Assembly: GCA_905178155.1 (NCBI GenBank)
Contig: CAJINV010000001.1
Span: 14,443,379-14,507,378 of the forward strand
DNA from: Amoebophrya sp. A120
Lineage: Eukaryota > Protista > Dinoflagellata
Length of the DNA: 64,000 nt
Direction of reading: 5' to 3'
Each line of letters begins with the position of its first letter. Position 1 is the first letter of the stretch. Below are positions 11,201-22,171 of the stretch, piece by piece. The translations under genes and the position numbers were made by a program. The notes under the pieces are model-generated. The model did no database searches. It was given only the letters and a program-made list of their open reading frames with translations, and was not told the origin of the DNA.

Positions 11201-14200
11201 CCTGCCCGCATTAATTCCAAGGTCTTTACTCCCGTGCCACGCCGTCATGACTAAATAATGGCTATGCCTATTGAGTAATGTTCTGCAGGACACGGCGGCG
11301 CGGCGACCGATAAAGGAAAAGCAAGACCAAGACCCACGGCCCCTCTGGACCCGAACTACGCGAGAGGGCCCAGAGAAAGCCGCGCGCGGCAGGCCGGGCA
11401 CGGCCCGCCCGGCTGTCACAACGGTGCCCATAGCATGGGCGCGCACATGGGGTGGATGCCCAGGCCGAGGCCCACTGCCGCCCAACTTTTGGCGGGCCCC
11501 GCCCCTGCTCTTTTTGCCAGTCTTCATTCTCATTAGGGCGGCGGCATGCAGCTTCTCTGCTCCATCGTTCCTCGGGCCCTCGCCGGCAGTTCGGCCGCCG
11601 AGCTGGTTTGCCTGCGTGGGTGCGTGCCCACCGCCATTGCGACCGACCGGGCGAAGTCAGTCAGTCCAGTGGGCAAAATAAGTGGCGCCACCCTTCCTGC
11701 GGGCCCCTTCGCCCGCGCACGCCTGTCCTGGGGCCGGCCCCTTTTTCGTGCCCGCCCGCGCGGGCGGGGCGCGCCACGCAGGCAGTTTCTGGCTAGGGCG
11801 CGGGCGGTACACCCGCACGCCGAGTGCGTGGGACACACGCACGGGCCGGGCAATACAAGGAGCGAAGGCCCGGGGCCCCCGGCGAAATGGACGGGCGCGC
11901 GCCGGGGCGGACGGAGGCGGGCCAACAGGCCGCCTGGCTGCCCCGAAGCACAAGGCCGGCCAAAAGACTGCCATGGGGCGGCGCGGAGGGCAGGGCAGAA
12001 GCGAAAGCCGCCGGGGCGGGCTCGGACGGCAAAGGGCAGACTGGCCCGCCTCCCTGGCCGCGCTCTGCGGCGCACCCTTTCCCCGGGGCGGGCCAACGCC
12101 TCCAATATGCGGGCGCGCCTCCCGTGCGGCGGGCCCGGGCAGACGCACCAACGCGGAGGCCGCAAGGCGGGCCCCCCCGTTCTTCTTTTTTCTGGAAAAA
12201 CTGGAAAGAGCACGGCAGGGGCCTCCCGAATATCTCCCCGAAGCCTTCCCAAAATTTTCCAAAGCCAATAGAATGAAAAGCCAACGCAGAAAACACCCGG
12301 CGCCCCCTTGAAATACTTTCTTTCGGAAGCACTCACTGCGCTGGGCCGCGGCGGGCCAAAGCCGCCCGGAGCCATTCCGGACCCCATCCCCAGCGAGCAT
12401 AGCTACAAAAGAAGCCCGCGCCTATGCCGGGGCGGGAATGGAACACCACCAGCCCCCCTAGCCCGCCCGAATGAAATAGCCGCCGGGGCCTTGGGGCGAC
12501 CGCGGGCGGTCGCTCGGGTTGGGCCGGGCGCTGCGCACAAGGCCGCGGAGGCCAGAGAGACGCTTGCCGCTTGCGGCCGGCCGCAAGAAGCCTCCGGGCT
12601 TCGCGCGCAAAAGCCAGCGGGCGCCGGGCCCCCGGCGCGCGGCTGTTCTTTCACTCTGCAACAAAAAACCGGCGGGGGGGCCTGGCCCGGGCAACTTCTA
12701 ATGGCCCACCCGGGGTGCGTGGCGCAGGGGCCAAAACCCGGGCCCAGTCAAAAGCTAGCGCAGGGGGGGCCTTAGCCCCCGCCCCCGAGTTGCTTCGCCC
12801 GCGATCGCCAAAGAGCCGCAATACCCTACAGCACCAACGGACGCACCCACTGGCGCCGCGGTATGTAAGGTCAGCGGGAGGCATTTGCGTGCGCCCACTG
12901 CCATCCTGGCTCCTGGGCCAAGTCGCCTCCCCGCCGGCCTGCCATTTTGCCCGGTGGCGGGCGGCCTCACTCGCGGGACCTCCCAAAGGCTGGCCTGCAA
13001 AAACCGCGCGGGGCCCCGCCTTGCCACAACGCCCCCGCCCCGCGCTGCTCTGCCAAAATCGCGCGCGAGGGGCGCTGGCGACCCCAAAAGGGCCACCGAC
13101 ACAACAAAGGGAGCGGGCGCCCCTGGGCATGGCGAAAAACGCAAGACCCACGAAGGGCAGCCCTTTCGGTGTTTGTACATACTTAGTGCCAGGCGGCTCA
13201 AAAAAAAAAAAGGGCCCGGCGGCGCGCCGCGCCGGAGTGTCTTCCCAATGCCAAACGCGGCGCGAGCTGGGCAGCCGAGGGCACGGCACGCACAAACGGC
13301 GCCCCGGCTGGCGGGCAACAGACGCGCCAAGGGCTTGGGGCTTTGGAAACTTTTATTTTGGAAAGTGGGTGGGGAACTTGCGCTAACAGGGGTCGCCACT
13401 TGTGCGCCCCTTGCTCTGCGCCATGCTCTACGAACAGAGAGCGCGTCTGGATTCAGCTCCCAGGAGCGGAGTCCAGCCTTCCTCGGACCCAGCTCCCGGC
13501 GAAAACTGCACGGCGGCACGACTTTTGGCGCCTGAGTTTTATGGCTATGGCGCTCGCCGGCCTGCGTGGCAGCTTGCCAAAGTCAACGGCTGGCAAGCTG
13601 TAGCGCACAAATGAGGCTGAGGGGCCAAGGAAGTGCGAAGCTGTTGAAGTGGCTTTCTCAACTCTCAGTAGCTTTATTCTCCTTCGTTTCTGCGTTACAA
13701 ATGCAGAAATGAAGGACAAAAGAAACGCGAAGAGCTTTCTCCTGTCCTTCGTTTCTGCGTTACAAATTGCCATCATGATTGGCAAGCTGTAGCGCAGAAA
13801 TGAAGGGCAAACTATTGAAGTGGCTACTCCAACTGTCCTCCATCGGAAGAAAGTTGAAAAAGTAGCCACTTCGATAACAACTGCATGACAAATTGCCACA
13901 GTAGTGGCAGTTGTTGAAATTGAACAACAACGCAAACGCGTTCAAATTATAGCCACTGCAGCAAGAATTATCTGTGTTGTTGTTCAGTTTGCAACTTGTC
14001 ACGCAGCTTTTGATGAAGTGGCCACTTCAACTCTCCACCAGAGTGTCGTGAGCAGCTGCGCGACACGTTGCAAACTGAAGCTGGACAACGACGCCAATTG
14101 TTGAAGTGGCTATGTCAACAATTTGCGTCGTGTGCGAGCAAAAATTGTGAAAGTGGCCACTTCAGCAGTTCGGGTTCTGCGAATTGTTGAAGTGGCCACT

Positions 14201-17200
14201 TCAGCAATTCGGGTTGTGCAAAATGTTGAAATGGCCACTTCAACAAAACCCGAATTGCTGAAGTGGCCACTTCAACACTTTGCACAATTATTTCAACAAT
14301 TTGCACAACGCAAATTGTTGAAATAGCCATTTCAACAATTTGCACAACCCAAATTGTTGAAGTGGCCACTTCAACAATTTGGGTTGTGCAAAGTGTTGAA
14401 ATGGCCATTTCAACAGTTCGGGTTCTGCGAATTGTTGAAATGGCCACTTCAACAATTCGGGTTCTGCGAATTGTTGAAGTGGCCACTTCAACAATTCGGG
14501 TTGTGCAAAATGTTGAAATGGCCATTTCAACAATTCGGGTTCTGCGAATTGTTGAAGTGGCCACTTCAACAGTTCGGGTTGTGCAAAGTGTTGAAGTGGC
14601 CATTTCAACAATTCGGGTTCTGCGAATTGTTGAAATAATTCGGGTCGTGCAAAATGTTGAAATGGCCATTTCAACAATTGCAATTTAGGGTTTTGTTGAA
14701 ATGGCCATTTCAACACTTTGCACAGCCCGAATTTTTGAAATCATGGCCACTTCAACAATTCGCAGAACCCGAATTGTTGAAGTGGCCACTTTCGCAATTT
14801 TTGTTCAATTTCAATAAATTGTCACTATTGTGGCAATTTGTCATGCGCTTGCTATTCAAATGGCTACCTCAACTCTCCGCGAAGTTGAAGTAGCCACTTC
14901 AACACAAGCTGCGTGACACGTTGCAAACCCAAGCCGAACAACAACAAGAACGCAAATTGTTGAAGTGACTACTTCAAAAATTTGCACAACGCAAGTTTTT
15001 GAAATGGCAACTTCAACAGTTTGCCTGTGCGAATTGAAGTAGCCACTTCCATAACAACTGCATGGCAAGTTGTAAACTGAACAACAACGCAAACTGTTGA
15101 AGTGGCTACTTCAACAATTTACTGCGTCGCTGTTCAATTTCGTCACGCAGTTGTTATTGGTATGGCTATCAGAAAGCTGAAGGGGCCTTGGCCCGAAAGT
15201 TCGCCATGCCATCGGTGAACACATTTTGAAAAAATGCCCGATGCTTTTTTTATATAGACGCGAACGCTCCTCCCTGGTCCTCCCTGGTCCTCCAGGGTCC
15301 TCCCTACTCCCTGTCTATAAATTTCTCTGGTATACAGAGCGACGAGCTGTGGAGGAGAAATACAAAGTGGAGGAAAAATACAACTTAGATAGTACGATTT
15401 CATGGCAGAAGCCAATGTCTTCTGTGCGATGCCGCGACGCTGCTCTTTCATTCGTCGCCTTCTTCGGACTGCCAGCGTCATTCGAAAAGCGCACTGCATC
15501 ATGACGATCTGTTCGTTCTTTCTCTTCTCGGCGCCCTGTTCCGTCAACATCCTTCGATATCGCTCGCGACCTTTGATCCTGTGAAGTCATGGCCATGGAG
15601 TCGGAGATGGAATGTAACTGACGGTGCGAGAACAAGGCAGTAACACTTTAACTTTATTCGCACGGCCGTCTCGTCCAACAGCGAGTCCATAATTTGAAAT
15701 TGGATGCACAGATTTTGCGCATGGTCATCTTGCCTTTTTTCAGACCAGAGAAGGAGTAATCCGCCATGACCCAGAGAGTGAATGTGAAGTAGTTGTAGTA
15801 GCTAGACCGAGTTCATCCTCGTGGCATTTATCTTTATAAAAGTACCCTCTTTGCAGTGCTTGAATTGAAGTGGCGGAGCGAATGAATTTTCGATTTCGCA
15901 TCCGGGCCACTAGCTTTTTCGCCAATACGATTCGCATCCGCGTCTGTATGGGAACTACTATCTTCCCCAGGTGTCTTCGGTGCGCCAGGAGCGGCTTGAT
16001 GCGTTTCCTGACGATGTAACTTCGCGCAAGACTTTGTATTCGCACCGCGGCTTTGTCCCGACGCGCTCCGGTGGTTTGCGACAGCAGCAGTTCCTCTTTG
16101 CCGTCATCCGTCTTCTGGACCTTTAGCCGGAGTTTCCCCCGTAAGGAGGGCGCCACGCCACGCGTCAGGCTGGTTCCCTTCTTCTCTCTGTTGTGTGATA
16201 TTCATCACGTGCGGAAAAAAGTGCTATATTCCTATAGCTACTCGGGTTGTCAACATGGATCTTCTGAAGAACGTGACGGTTAGGGCGGTGATGTTCAAGA
16301 GTTGTTAGAAGTATCTAGACTATTTAACTGCGTCATCAACATAAGTTGTGAACAAGAACAAAACGTACTTCATTTCCTTAAAGCGCTTCTTCGCTAGTAG
16401 TGATCGAATCACTGCCTGCACTCGGATCGCGACCGCGGCTAGCTGGGCGTCTCCACTAACTTCGAAGGTCGGCTTCTGTGGGTCGTTCGGATCTGGCTTT
16501 TTGGCGACCGCCATACTCGGATGCCGTTCCTTCATTGCCTGCAGAAGCTTGAGTTTCACGAACAGCTTGTGATTCCAGAGCGCCGCTGGGTCAGCGTAAG
16601 TGCTTTTCCCAGTGGATTTGTTGTGGAAAAACCGCTCCCCCTTGTCGTCCTGGCCCTCGGTCCACTGGTCGAGCTCCTTTTTTGTTTTCTCCTCCTCCTT
16701 CGCAAGCTTCTCTTCCAGTAGCCAAAAGCCGCCACGAGAAACCGCGTCGCGGTAAGATTGCGCCATGTCTCGGTAGACATCATCCAGTGGATGGCTCCAG
16801 CTGCTCTCCCCACTGGTGGAACAGTAAAAGTAGACGCGGCCTGCGTTTTTCAGCCAAGTGATTTGAGGAAAACTTGTCTCAAACCATTGATTGGATTCTT
16901 GATGTATGAAAGATTGACAATAGCCTAAAACCCTACTAAATAGGGTTTTAGGTGGTCATCACGATCACTGAACATATTCATCATATGATATGAAAATGAA
17001 AAAGAAAACTGAAAAATACATATCGCGTACCTTGCGGGTCCATGTACTCTCCCCAATCTGGCGGCAATGCTGCTTGGTAGGCTGCCTCTGCGATCCAGAG
17101 CATGTGGGGGTCTCTGAGTGGGTCAATTTCAAGCGTCTTGACGTACTCCATCATTTCGACCACACCGGGCTCTTGGACCCCGCCGTCGCTACTGCTTGTG

Positions 17201-17208
17201 GCCACCAT
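5229..17208 (-). CDS. Multi-exon WW-domain / IQ-motif / coiled-coil protein with CEP164-like N-terminal WW module; 15 exons, ~1,524 aa
   Basis: GT-AG introns at 16841-17030, 16188-16368, 15579-15845, 10622-15395, 10301-10474, 9838-10053, 8738-8907, 7623-7754 and 7212-7423, plus introners at 9338-9509, 9098-9257, 7901-8012, 6820-7132 and 6469-6775. The spliced CDS is 4,575 nt and in frame. Splicing rebuilds the WW motif LPPDWGEYMDPQG|RVYFYCSTSGESSWSHP and the IQ motif IQALQRG|IKGR. A second WW (WTEGQDDKGERFFHNKSTGKSTYADP) and further IQ motifs (IQSLARSY, IQRVLRGS, IQARARGF, IQRHWRGY) are present. The start codon is not certain. Confidence 0.78.
6469..6775. mobile_element. Introner family A, copy 1 (307 bp)
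   Basis: 30-bp TIR TATGGAAGTGTCAGGATTGAAATCGACAAA with 2 mismatches. Perfect TSD GCTTC (6464-6468 / 6776-6780). Removal restores EREK|QSILY. Confidence 0.93.
6820..7132. mobile_element. Introner family A, copy 2 (313 bp)
   Basis: Alignable along its length with 6469-6775. Perfect TSD TGCGG (6815-6819 / 7133-7137). Removal restores RFYR|NRRQY. Confidence 0.93.
7901..8012. mobile_element. Introner family B (112 bp)
   Basis: 30-bp TIR TATCCA(C/G)GAAAAAACACCCATCCCCATCCA with 1 mismatch. TSD AACAG. Contains an in-frame stop; removal gives HTLF|KEKAG. Confidence 0.93.
9098..9257. mobile_element. Introner (160 bp)
   Basis: Imperfect TIR TATCCACAGTAAATTTTCCGTACA / TATGCAATACAAATTTCCCGCACA. Perfect TSD GGTCC. 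Removal gives CVD|QYLQD. Confidence 0.88.
9338..9509. mobile_element. Introner family C (172 bp)
   Basis: Ends TATGCATTGCAAAA..AGTATCGTACT / ..CTTTTGCACAGGATA. TSD CAAAC/CAAAG. Removal gives YRYF|ERYGD. Confidence 0.87.
10817..15334. mobile_element. 4.5-kb TIR element nested in a canonical GT-AG intron
   Basis: TIR TATACCAGAAGAGTTTATAGA / TATACCAGAGAAATTTATAGA followed by subterminal (G)GAGGACCAGG repeats and CTATATAAAA on both arms. Perfect TSD CAGAG (10812-10816 / 15335-15339). No recognisable transposase. Confidence 0.87.
13640..15140. repeat. 39-bp palindromic satellite (core ~14095-14790) with degenerate flanks
   Basis: The unit is a 30-bp palindrome GAATTGTTGAAGTGGCCACTTCAACAATTC (perfect copy at 14468-14497) plus a 9-bp linker GGGTT(C/G)TGC found in both orientations. 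The core is bracketed by ~46-bp inverted arms at 13883-13928 / 14801-14846. Confidence 0.92.
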
Positions 17209-18480
17209 TGTCGGAGAGTTTTTTGTTCGAATCCGAGACGTTGACGTCCCTCTTACTTCTTCTGCACTCTTTCCACTACACCTGCTCCTCCGGGTGTGCC
17301 CGCAGCAGACCTCTCTGCAAAATGCTGCAGGGTACGGTCAGGTAAAAGCTGTGTGCAACCTGACCCTGAGTGCAACCTGACTTGAACTTGGAGAGCTAGG
17401 AGTCGGGCACTGTCTACTGCAGTTTACTACCAGCTGCAGTTTGCTCGCTCCGGTTCGCCTTCGCCTTCGCGCAAATTGAAAATATCAACTGGGACGCTGC
17501 CCTCGCGCCGCCCAAGTTTCCCGAGATGACTGCACCCGCGTCTTTTGGTACTCCACAGCCGTGCCCGCTTACTCCGTCAGTGTGCGCCTCCAAGCTGAAC
17601 GCAAATACGACATGGCGAAATGTCGAACAGCACATGGCTTACCTATGCGTCCATCGTGCCGTCGCCTGGTTGTCTAGGCGACTCTTTGAAGATGGCCTCA
17701 CCGTGCTGAACACCAAGGAGATACGTAGTTGCAAAGTCGCCAAGCAGGTCATCCGAGACGTGCGTCGAGGACTTCAAGGCATGTTGGTGTTCATTCTGTG
17801 CCTACGGCCCACGCTGTCTTGCCTTGGAAGGTTCCCTGCGAGTACACGCAAGACATCAAGATGAGCGTCGCCGTGAACATCGTGATACGAGAATTGCATG
17901 CACATCAAACTCAAAGCAGTGGCGAAAAATCGATCGCGTCCCTACAGCGAACACGACGACACGACAAACGAGAAAAGCACTCCTTACAGGCAGAGAATCG
18001 ATAGAACGTCCGACAATCATCATATAGTACAAGTCCTCTCTCATCATGCTTCACTTTCACATACTCATACACATCCACCGCCCGCCAAGAAAAAAACATG
18101 TCGCCTCTGAAACCAAATAGCAATCACAGCCTTGTACTCAAACGACTCCGACTTCTCAGTGACTGTAGTTCCTTGTTTCCGACTAAACTGGACGAGAACG
18201 AAGTGTACTACGCGCGTCAACATCATCTGCAGACCAATCAAAAACAAAAATTGACCGCATTCGCCTCTAAGTCTTCTCACTTTTCGTCGACAATATACGA
18301 GTGCTAACGGTAACGGAAAACCGGTATCTTAGTACATGAAACACCAGTGTGTCCAGCGAAGAGAGACTGACGCACGACATCAATATCAGAGGTCGCCGTT
18401 TTATTCTTCGTACTTTCCACTTTGTATGTGTCAATATGCGAGCGAGTGACTGAGAATCTAGAAGTTCTTGTAACGTCGAT

Positions 18481-19705
18481 TCAATGCTGTTTATTCAAAA
18501 CTGTCTTTCTCATGAGAAAAAGAATGGACACGCCAGCTACAAGAACCGAGCCCGCGGCTACAATTGCCAGCGCAGCTGTATCGGTTGTTGGATGCTGGAA
18601 CATAGTTGAAATCTTCGGAGCCACTCGTTGCACATAAAACAGCTCAGCCTTAGCTCGAGATCGGCGCAGCGCGGACATTGTGCGAATTTCGTGCTTCAGT
18701 TTGTCGCGTTCCCACTCGCAATTTGCAACCGCAAGCGACTCCCAGTCTTCATGCAGTGGGCCAAAAAGTTGAAGCGACGCTTTCTTGTTTGATTTAAGGT
18801 CCGGCGCCGTCGAAGTAGAATCTACTCTGTGAGGATCTTCCTCAGGCTCCTCTGGCAGCAGCGAGCTCAGGAAATTTAGACGCCCTAGCGTAAAGCAATC
18901 AGGGGACAACACGGAATAGGTGTATTCGAACGCCACACTCTTTGTGTACCGCTCATATCCCTCCGAATCGGGAAGCGCCAGAATTGACAGGTCTAGATCG
19001 AGAAACAGTGACCCCACGAGGTCTTTATCTGCAAGTAATCGGTCGTGCTTATGTCCCGCTGTCTCCCGGATCCACCTTGCTACACGCCTGACAGATTTGT
19101 CTTCCAGCAGTTGCGCGTTTCTCTGAAATTGCACTTTCTGGACGTCGGCGTAGAAATCAGACTCGAATATTCGCGCCGAAACCTCCTCGTTGTCTTGCCG
19201 CGCTGGGTCGTAAACCAGGTCGTGAAAAAAAACCGCAAGCTGCAGGTCCCGCAAATCTTGGGATGTGAGCAAGATCCCCCCTTTCAGACGGGCTGTTTCG
19301 TCTTCTAATTTTCGCAAGAGAAACGCAAGATGCTCGAGCGTATGGTACCTGCGGTGCACTTCGCAATAGCGGTCTTCGATCACCTGCCACCAGTACCGCA
19401 CCTGGTCGGGATTCAGCCGGAGCGTATCCTGTGCCAAAGTATCGTACCTACTCGTATATAGTAAATGCAAGTCTTGCATCGCAAATTTTTGTCTGAAGGC
19501 AAATCAACATTACAAGTTTTATTTTTCATGCTGAGGAAATTTGTAATGCATTTATACGAGTACGATACTTTTGCAGTTCATAGAGCGTTACTTCGGACAA
19601 TTCGCGCCACGACCGCTCGACGTAACCCGCGGAGGCAGCAGATATGTGTTCCTGCGGCGGCACGCCAAAGGCTCGAGAAAGAAGTACTTCATTGTTGTTG
19701 GGCAT
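18481..19705 (-). CDS. HD-superfamily metal-dependent phosphohydrolase (COG4339-like) with C-terminal transmembrane tail; 2 exons, ~353 aa
   Basis: Motifs RRYHTLEHL, AVFFHDLVYDP, DNEEVSA, FLDLDLSIL, YTKSVAFEY and GRLNFL. C-terminal AALAIVAAGSVLVAGVSILFLMRK. Removing the introner at 19425-19582 plus 5 nt joins ..RELSEVTL|RLNPDQV, so the ORF-track N-terminus lies inside the intron. Confidence 0.82.
19425..19582. mobile_element. Introner family C (158 bp) in the HD gene
   Basis: Ends TATCCTGTGCCAAAGTATCGTAC / GTACGATACTTTTGCAGTTCATA. Perfect TSD GAGCG. Frame restored. Confidence 0.9.
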
Positions 19706-20971
19706 TTTTACGTTTAGGCCTTGGAGGGGGGAAAGCTGTTTCGCAGACATGTAACACACTGTGGCTGTCCTGCGCGATGCGCTCGCTATGCCTATGTCGC
19801 TCTTCTTCGTCCGTGATTGTACTTTGCCATTTGCATTGATTTTCAAATCTGATCAGTAATAAACTCAATGAAACTAGAAGAGGTCGCGGTCGGCCGCCTA
19901 CAATCACAGCAATGTTGATCAAAATTTGACGTTTAAGATCAACAGAAGACCTGACGCCAGAGAAGCAGGAAAGCTTGTATCATTGCGCTTTGTTTATAGC
20001 AAGAGGAGGCCTGACTGTCTTTGATCATTCATAGCGAAACAAAAAGGATAAGAGCGAACAAAGCGTGAAGTGATTAAAGCGACCGACTTGTTCACTGAAG
20101 CAATGTGACTTTGCTGAATGCTCCTATACCGATCGGAAGATGTCAATCTAGTCCACCAGTTCAGAAATTGTGTGGCCGCTAACACCATTTTGTCGATCTC
20201 GTATTTACTGTACCTTGTTCTTCAATTGCCCAGTATATTCCGATTGATTCCGCTTTACTAGTATCTGCCGCAAGCATGACTATGACAACATGTTTTTTTG
20301 CGTGAAGCCATCTTGTCGAACATCTCCTGCTCCCAGCCAAGGTCTTTATGCAGTCGAGTCAGTTCCAAGTACAACTCGCGACTCCACTATAATATGCTTG
20401 GCGTGAAGATGAAGCTTTTGCGATTTGGTCGCGGCGTTGCAGTTGTCTTTTCAAGTCGTGCTTACCTGCATTCCCATTCGCTCCGTTTTTTTTTTTTATT
20501 TCATATATAATATTATTGTGGTAGTGGTTGTTGTTCTGTTATATTTCATTCTGCACACAAGAGGCATCGCAAAAAAATCATACAGGAAGGAGAATGTGGG
20601 CGAAGGCAATAGAAAAGAAGCGGACAAAGATAGTATCAAAAAAGGCCGGCAGTATATATCAACAATGGACGTGGAAGCTCAACAACAAAAAACAGATCTC
20701 GGCAGTGAATGCCAGCGGCCGTGGCCAATTCTTCGCCCTCATGTGGTTTTACACAGAATTCATTTTATCTACATCGATCCATCTACATAAATCGCACTCG
20801 ACATCTTTATGCTGATTATACCCACTACCTTCACTAGACCTAACTACACGAAAACGCACGAAAAGTGCAATTGCTATTAAACGCTCTAGTTTGCAAGAAG
20901 TTCTGCGCGGCTTGATCGACCATATGGAGCCGCAACGTAGTCCTCGCGCGAAAAGAATTACGTCACCAGTA

Positions 20972-22171
20972 CTATTCCCGAAATGGCAGGACTTTCCCGT
21001 CGCGCTCAACGAAGCGCCAACGTCGCATGTAGTACACAAAGACGTCGCTAAGCGACTGTCTTTTCAGGTGGTCTTCGGAATAGGGAGGCAACTTCGGCTG
21101 GTACGCACTCGCCTGCTGTACGATTTCCATCGCCCAGTCCGGGTTCCCGATGGAGGCGCGAGCGGACCCGAGCAAATCCGCTCCTTGCTGCAGACCCAGC
21201 AAGCAGTCGTCGTGCGTCCAGATTCGGCCCGTCGTGATCACCGGCGGCAGGTCCTTTATTCGCGAGGTGAAGTGCTCGGTCAGCGTTTTGCTGGAATTCG
21301 TCTCCTGTGAGGAGGTTTGGCGAATGTCCCAGCAGGAGAGATGAATGAAGTCCACCTGCAGGTCCCGCAGCTGCTTCGTCAGCTCGATGCTGTCTTCCAG
21401 CAAGACCCCACAATTCCTCTCCGGCGAGATGCGGACGCCGATCAGAAAGGGGCGGAAGTCGGCCGCGCCCGGTGGCGGTAAAATCCGCCGGATCGCGGCA
21501 ATGATTTCGAACAGAAAGCGAAACCGGTTCTGCCGCGTGCCGCCGAACCCGTCCGTTCGAAAATTGGTTTCCGCCCCCAGGAACTGGTTGATCAGATACC
21601 CGTGCGCCCCGTGCAGCTCGACGCCGTCGAATCCTGCATCAAAGACCCGCCGGGTCGCGGTCGCGAAGGCGTCGATTACGTCCCAGACCTCCGATTCCGT
21701 GAACTCCCGGGAGAGCCCCGTTTCCGACAGGTGCGTGCCTACCTGCAGCGGTCCCGAGGGGCTCTTCGGGACCTCGCCGGTCAGGTGCTGCGGCGCCTGG
21801 AGCCCGGCGTGAAATATCTGAACCAGGGACAGCGCGCCGTGTTTGCGCAGCTCCGTGGCAAGAAACCCCAGGCCCAGCAGGTGCTTGTCGTCGAACACGC
21901 CGAGCTCGCCCGGAAAGCCTTGCCCGTCCCGCGTCACGTGCGCACACGCCGTGGTGACGATGCCAAACCCGCCCTGCGCTCGCCGGACCAGAAAATCAAC
22001 TTCCTCCTTTGACAGCGTGCCGTCCGGAAACGACTGCCGGTTGGTCATGGCCGCGAGAACGGTCCGGTTGCGGGCGACCAACCCCGTCCGCGGAAATGTG
22101 AATGCGGCGGCCACATCGCGCGCCACGGGAAGAAGGCCTGCAGCCCGGGATGTGGAAGAAGAACGAACCAT
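20972..22171 (-). CDS. NADH:flavin oxidoreductase / Old Yellow Enzyme family, intronless, 399 aa
   Basis: RNRTVLAAMT, RRAQGGFGIV, QIFHAG, AGFDGVELHGAHGYLINQF, NFRTDGFGG..NRFRF, GVRISPE, DFIHLS and GNPDW motifs of the FMN-binding TIM barrel. Confidence 0.93.
   Translation of the reverse strand: MVRSSSTSRAAGLLPVARDVAAAFTFPRTGLVARNRTVLAAMTNRQSFPDGTLSKEEVDFLVRRAQGGFGIVTTACAHVTRDGQGFPGELGVFDDKHLLGLGFLATELRKHGALSLVQIFHAGLQAPQHLTGEVPKSPSGPLQVGTHLSETGLSREFTESEVWDVIDAFATATRRVFDAGFDGVELHGAHGYLINQFLGAETNFRTDGFGGTRQNRFRFLFEIIAAIRRILPPPGAADFRPFLIGVRISPERNCGVLLEDSIELTKQLRDLQVDFIHLSCWDIRQTSSQETNSSKTLTEHFTSRIKDLPPVITTGRIWTHDDCLLGLQQGADLLGSARASIGNPDWAMEIVQQASAYQPKLPPYSEDHLKRQSLSDVFVYYMRRWRFVERDGKVLPFRE

Noticed and set aside
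12349-12470. Faint resemblance to the 5' half of 5S rRNA
   Set aside because: Only scattered matches in GC-rich sequence, and the conserved 3' half and terminal helix were not found.
11093-13614. Overlapping 150-280 aa ORFs as a transposase or other genes
   Set aside because: They are Arg/Pro/Gly/Ala-rich products of very high GC content, open in many frames, with no catalytic motifs.
14095-14790. CRISPR array (palindromic ~30-bp repeats at regular spacing)
   Set aside because: The linkers are only 9 bp and nearly identical rather than unique spacers. There are no cas genes and the context is a eukaryotic intron.
14115-14893. Repetitive ORFs (LLKWPLQQFAEPE / VEVATSTIR)
   Set aside because: These are by-products of a 39-bp stop-poor satellite that is open in several frames on both strands.
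17400-18310. Small gene between the WW/IQ and HD genes
   Set aside because: Patchy coding-like segments are interrupted by stops, and I could not build a consistent model.
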